From IMG/VR virus record IMGVR_UViG_3300045988_099253: a DNA stretch of 45,539 nt. One strand, written 5' to 3'. Below are positions 42,752-45,539 of this stretch, piece after piece. The notes below the pieces were generated by a model. That model did not search any database, had not been told where the DNA came from, and saw only the letters and a list, made by a program, of their open reading frames with translations. Position numbers and translations under genes: made by a program. Numbering within the stretch: the stretch's first letter is position 1; the number at the start of each line of letters is the position of its first letter. Source of the stretch: a virus.

Positions 42752-43651
42752 ATGGCGGAAGCATTAATACAGCTTGTAAATCAGAATGTAGATATTGATG
42801 GTCTTACGGCCAACGAGGCAGATGTTTTTGATGGGGCCACGTTTATTGGCCAAGGATCAGAAGCAATACGGGAAGGGACCGGGGTTACACAGGGAGCCCC
42901 CACGCTGGGACTATCATTAAATGGGCGTGTGACTATCCCGGCCGGAAAATACACAGGCGGAAAGGTGCAGCAGTCCATCCAGGTCCTGGGAGAGCAGAGG
43001 ATCAATCCGACATCAAAAAATATCAAAATCCCCACAAAGGATATGTATATGGCCGGAAATATCATCGTTGCATCAATCCCCAACCTTAAGCCAGAGAATA
43101 TCAAAAAGGGGGAGTATGTCGGCGGTGTAGGGCCTGGCACCTGGGAGGGATACATTGTCCGGGATCCGGCGACTTTTTACTATCGTGGTACGTTTGCCCC
43201 AGGACAATCTATCATGGCGTTTAAATTTTCTGGGTCATCGGATATCATGTCTCCCAACCTCGGCAAAAAGGCAATGGAGTTTTACGGAAATAACGATTCC
43301 AGAAGGAAACATTCTGTTTTCTTGTTTAATTCTCCGATTGACATTACCTCAAAAAGCAAATTGACGGTAAAAGGGACGTACCACAGGGATGCAGCTGGAA
43401 CATCGACCAATATGGTTCTGGACATATCGGGATACCAGAGCAAGGCGAGTGCCGGAGCCACTTACACAGGTTTAAACACTGGGGACCGTATTTTCCTTAA
43501 ACAACAGCGGTTTCCGACCGCACAAGGGACTTATCCGTATACGGTTGAGGTGGATATCTCATCCTATTCCCGGATTATTTATCTGTATTTCCTTGTAACG
43601 ATGAACCGCCCAGATGATTATATGACCATTGACTCTATACAGTTTACATAA
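42752..43651 (+). CDS. Tail fibre-like protein, paralogous N-part plus a distinct C-terminal domain
   Basis: LTANEADVFDGATFIGQGSEAIREGT and NLKPENIKKGEYVGGVGPGTWEGY parallel motifs in 42332-42748. Confidence 0.6.
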   Translation: MAEALIQLVNQNVDIDGLTANEADVFDGATFIGQGSEAIREGTGVTQGAPTLGLSLNGRVTIPAGKYTGGKVQQSIQVLGEQRINPTSKNIKIPTKDMYMAGNIIVASIPNLKPENIKKGEYVGGVGPGTWEGYIVRDPATFYYRGTFAPGQSIMAFKFSGSSDIMSPNLGKKAMEFYGNNDSRRKHSVFLFNSPIDITSKSKLTVKGTYHRDAAGTSTNMVLDISGYQSKASAGATYTGLNTGDRIFLKQQRFPTAQGTYPYTVEVDISSYSRIIYLYFLVTMNRPDDYMTIDSIQFT

Positions 43652-43663
43652 AGGAGATTGACT

Positions 43664-44464
43664 ATGGAAGAGAATAAAAAAGACGTATTACCGCTCGAGG
43701 GAGAACCGCTGACCGCGCCGCAGATATCTGAACCGGTGGTGAACGCCCTGGCCGCCGCGCTGAGTAAGATTGAGACGTATGTGCCTACACAGTACATTAA
43801 TGATGGGCCGCCGGACATTGACGCTGACCATCTCAACCACGCAGAACAGGCTATCATGCGGGTCACGAATTTAGCCAACGGAGCCGCCGATGCAATCTCC
43901 GCATTGCAATCCCAGGTTACTCAGCTAAATAATAATATGTCAAAATTTGATGTTTATCATCGAGATGTTACGGGAAGTCTCAATGATGATAAAATCATTC
44001 AAACAGCTCTGGAAGATTTTAAAACCTCTATTGTTACCAATAAGCCGATACTTGTTGAAATTCAGAACCATTTGGGTGGCCGAGCACTGGCCGTGGGAAT
44101 TCAATCTCTTAGCAATTATAATTCGTTTTTGGTTATCACTTATTATGATCGACCAAAGGAATTTGTGTACGCATTGAATCACTGGGAGGTGTATGAACTC
44201 GTAACAAAGTCCGATTTAGGTGATCTAATTACTCACCGTAAAACAACTGGCAATACATCAGATTCTGGAAATATCACGATAAATAGACCAGAAGGATACT
44301 CATTGATTGGAGCATATATAAATTCGGTTTATGTCAGATTATCAATCCCAACAGTATACCAAAAAACAATTATTGTTAGATGCTTTGATGAAAACATGTC
44401 CCCATTAAAAAACACATTAGTTGAAGTGATATCGCTATGGATTAAAAAGGATATTTCTTATTAA
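43664..44464 (+). CDS. Phase-variable tail fibre: 91-aa constant N-terminus currently fused to cassette 1 (MSKFDVYH...)
   Basis: SD AAAGGAG. DADHLNHAEQAI fibre motif. The 38-bp inverted repeat lies in frame at codons for SALQSQVTQLNNN. Confidence 0.8.
   Translation: MEENKKDVLPLEGEPLTAPQISEPVVNALAAALSKIETYVPTQYINDGPPDIDADHLNHAEQAIMRVTNLANGAADAISALQSQVTQLNNNMSKFDVYHRDVTGSLNDDKIIQTALEDFKTSIVTNKPILVEIQNHLGGRALAVGIQSLSNYNSFLVITYYDRPKEFVYALNHWEVYELVTKSDLGDLITHRKTTGNTSDSGNITINRPEGYSLIGAYINSVYVRLSIPTVYQKTIIVRCFDENMSPLKNTLVEVISLWIKKDISY
43899..43936 (+). repeat. Left 38-bp inverted repeat (inside the fibre ORF)
   Basis: CCGCATTGCAATCCCAGGTTACTCAGCTAAATAATAAT. Confidence 0.9.
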
Positions 44465-44467
44465 TAA

Positions 44468-44974
44468 AATAATAATTTACGAAATGTCAATACCGCCATA
44501 AACGGATCTTTGCTAGATTACGCAAAAAATGTGAGCACATTTGAGAATGTATCCACTGGAGGAGACACTGCTGATCTCCCGAATGATAATGCTAGATATT
44601 GCGTTACCCATATTATGCATCGTGCCAATTCGTGGTTCATTTCTATTGAGGGGCGAGACAACCGATTATATACGAACTACAACAATGGTAATAATTGGAC
44701 CGGATGGCAAGCGACTGCCTTAAAGTCCGATTTAAAAGTTCTAAAAAAACCTGATGTCCAATTCTCTAACGGATTCGCGGAGATCTCATTTCCTGGGATA
44801 ACATATGACAGTGCTGTATGTATTAACCAAGAATACAGAAGTTCGGCGGGTGTGCAAAATCTTGTTTTTACTGCCCAGGTAAGACCTAACGAACTGATAA
44901 TATACGCCCGGAATGCAAATGATGGAAGTTCGTATAACGGGATTATACATATCATGGTAATAGCTATAGGATAG
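44468..44974 (+). CDS. Tail-fibre cassette 3 (silent): the frame opens with NNN right after the double stop of cassette 1; no SD or ATG
   Basis: Same architecture as cassettes 1 and 2 (N-part, ..LKSDL hinge, ~75-aa C-part). Its 5' end shares AAATAATAAT with the end of the inverted repeat. Confidence 0.5.
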   Translation, partial: NNNLRNVNTAINGSLLDYAKNVSTFENVSTGGDTADLPNDNARYCVTHIMHRANSWFISIEGRDNRLYTNYNNGNNWTGWQATALKSDLKVLKKPDVQFSNGFAEISFPGITYDSAVCINQEYRSSAGVQNLVFTAQVRPNELIIYARNANDGSSYNGIIHIMVIAIG

Positions 44975-44982
44975 AAATTAAT

Positions 44983-45000
44983 TAAACTGGAACCAGTTTA
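44983..45000. repeat. Perfect palindrome TAAACTGG-AA-CCAGTTTA between convergent cassettes 3 and 2
   Basis: Read directly; also present at 540-557. Confidence 0.7.
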
Positions 45001-45070
45001 TTGTAACTGTGTTATTCGTCTTTTTAGGTGAAACAATAATACTATTATCATTATTGCGAAAGATAGCCTG

Positions 45071-45517
45071 CTATTGGACAGGTATATACCAATAATCTAA
45101 TGTAACTTGACCTGTAATTGGTACGTCAGAAGTAATTTCCCTAAATCTAACATACCATTCATCATTGATAGATATTAAATCGCAAATCGCATTAGTATTA
45201 TTGGTATTGACACCGACTACAATCCCGAGTTTTGCTGCTAGTATACTAGCAGTCCCAGCCTCTGATAGATTTAGTGTTACTGTAGCCTTTTTGACTAAAT
45301 CGGACTTTGTAACGAGTTCGGTTTCAGTCCCCCATTGTCCATCAACTTCAGAATTAAATACAAGTTTTTTATCGTCCTCATTAAGCCTAAGCATCAGCAA
45401 GTTATTTGTAACTTTGTTGCGGAGATATACGTAAGCCCCTTGCTCAACCTGGCCAATTTCCAGAGAAGCATCCCTTGCTTTGAAATTATTATTTAGCTGA
45501 GTAACCTGGGATTGCAA
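45071..45517 (-). CDS. Tail-fibre alternative C-terminal cassette 2 (FKARDASLEIGQ...), silent in this orientation
   Basis: Begins in frame inside the right inverted repeat. No SD or ATG; in-frame stop upstream. Confidence 0.7.
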   Translation of the reverse strand: MQSQVTQLNNNFKARDASLEIGQVEQGAYVYLRNKVTNNLLMLRLNEDDKKLVFNSEVDGQWGTETELVTKSDLVKKATVTLNLSEAGTASILAAKLGIVVGVNTNNTNAICDLISINDEWYVRFREITSDVPITGQVTLDYWYIPVQ

Positions 45518-45522
45518 TGCGG
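45485..45522 (-). repeat. Right 38-bp inverted repeat
   Basis: Perfect reverse complement of 43899-43936. Confidence 0.9.
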
Positions 45523-45539
45523 GCGGGAATCAGCATTAC

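Larger units (their letters stand above)
43899..45522. mobile_element. Invertible DNA segment (G-segment-like) carrying three tail-fibre C-terminal cassettes
   Basis: Bounded by perfect 38-bp inverted repeats. The cassettes are in opposite orientations. The reverse-orientation copy is present at 1-1641. AT-rich relative to its flanks. Confidence 0.8.

Noticed and set aside
41790-45522. A diversity-generating retroelement acting on the fibre genes
   Set aside because: There is no reverse transcriptase ORF and no template/variable repeat pair with adenine-specific differences. Variation is by whole-cassette exchange.
1-45539. The 1.6-kb terminal inverted repeats could mark a transposon, a linear plasmid/phage with hairpin telomeres, or an IS
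   Set aside because: The repeats consist of tail-fibre coding cassettes bounded by an internal 38-bp site. The right flank of the left copy continues seamlessly from the right end of the window. No transposase or protelomerase is present. A closed circular phage genome with a flipped invertible segment explains everything.

Overview
This window is an essentially complete temperate siphovirus genome of a Firmicutes/Clostridia-type host, with a unit length of about 43,881 bp. It is circularly closed. The last ~1.64 kb is repeated at the window start as a reverse complement. Reading from the start: a CHAP endolysin; a minus-strand accessory/integration block (XRE regulator, large serine recombinase, probable attP, membrane moron); a CI/Cro-type immunity switch with repeated operators; an early region of many small ORFs; a Rad52-like annealase with a NinB-like protein; a MazZ-like pyrophosphohydrolase; and a GIY-YIG nuclease. 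The late region follows: terS/terL, portal, a split minor capsid gene, an uncharacterised 5-gene module, tRNA-Ile(UAU), scaffold, major capsid, connectors, tail, tape measure, baseplate and fibres. The strongest finding is a Mu G-segment-like invertible tail-fibre switch (43899-45522). It has perfect 38-bp inverted repeats inside the fibre ORF, three alternative C-terminal cassettes and a nested 25-bp inverted repeat, but no dedicated small invertase. Both orientations are captured in this window. Other points of interest are a minor capsid gene split by an HNH-AP2/RHH insertion, a 15 x 27-bp coding tandem repeat, tRNA-like minihelices, and accessory islands inside the structural module. All function calls come from motif recognition by eye; no database search was run.
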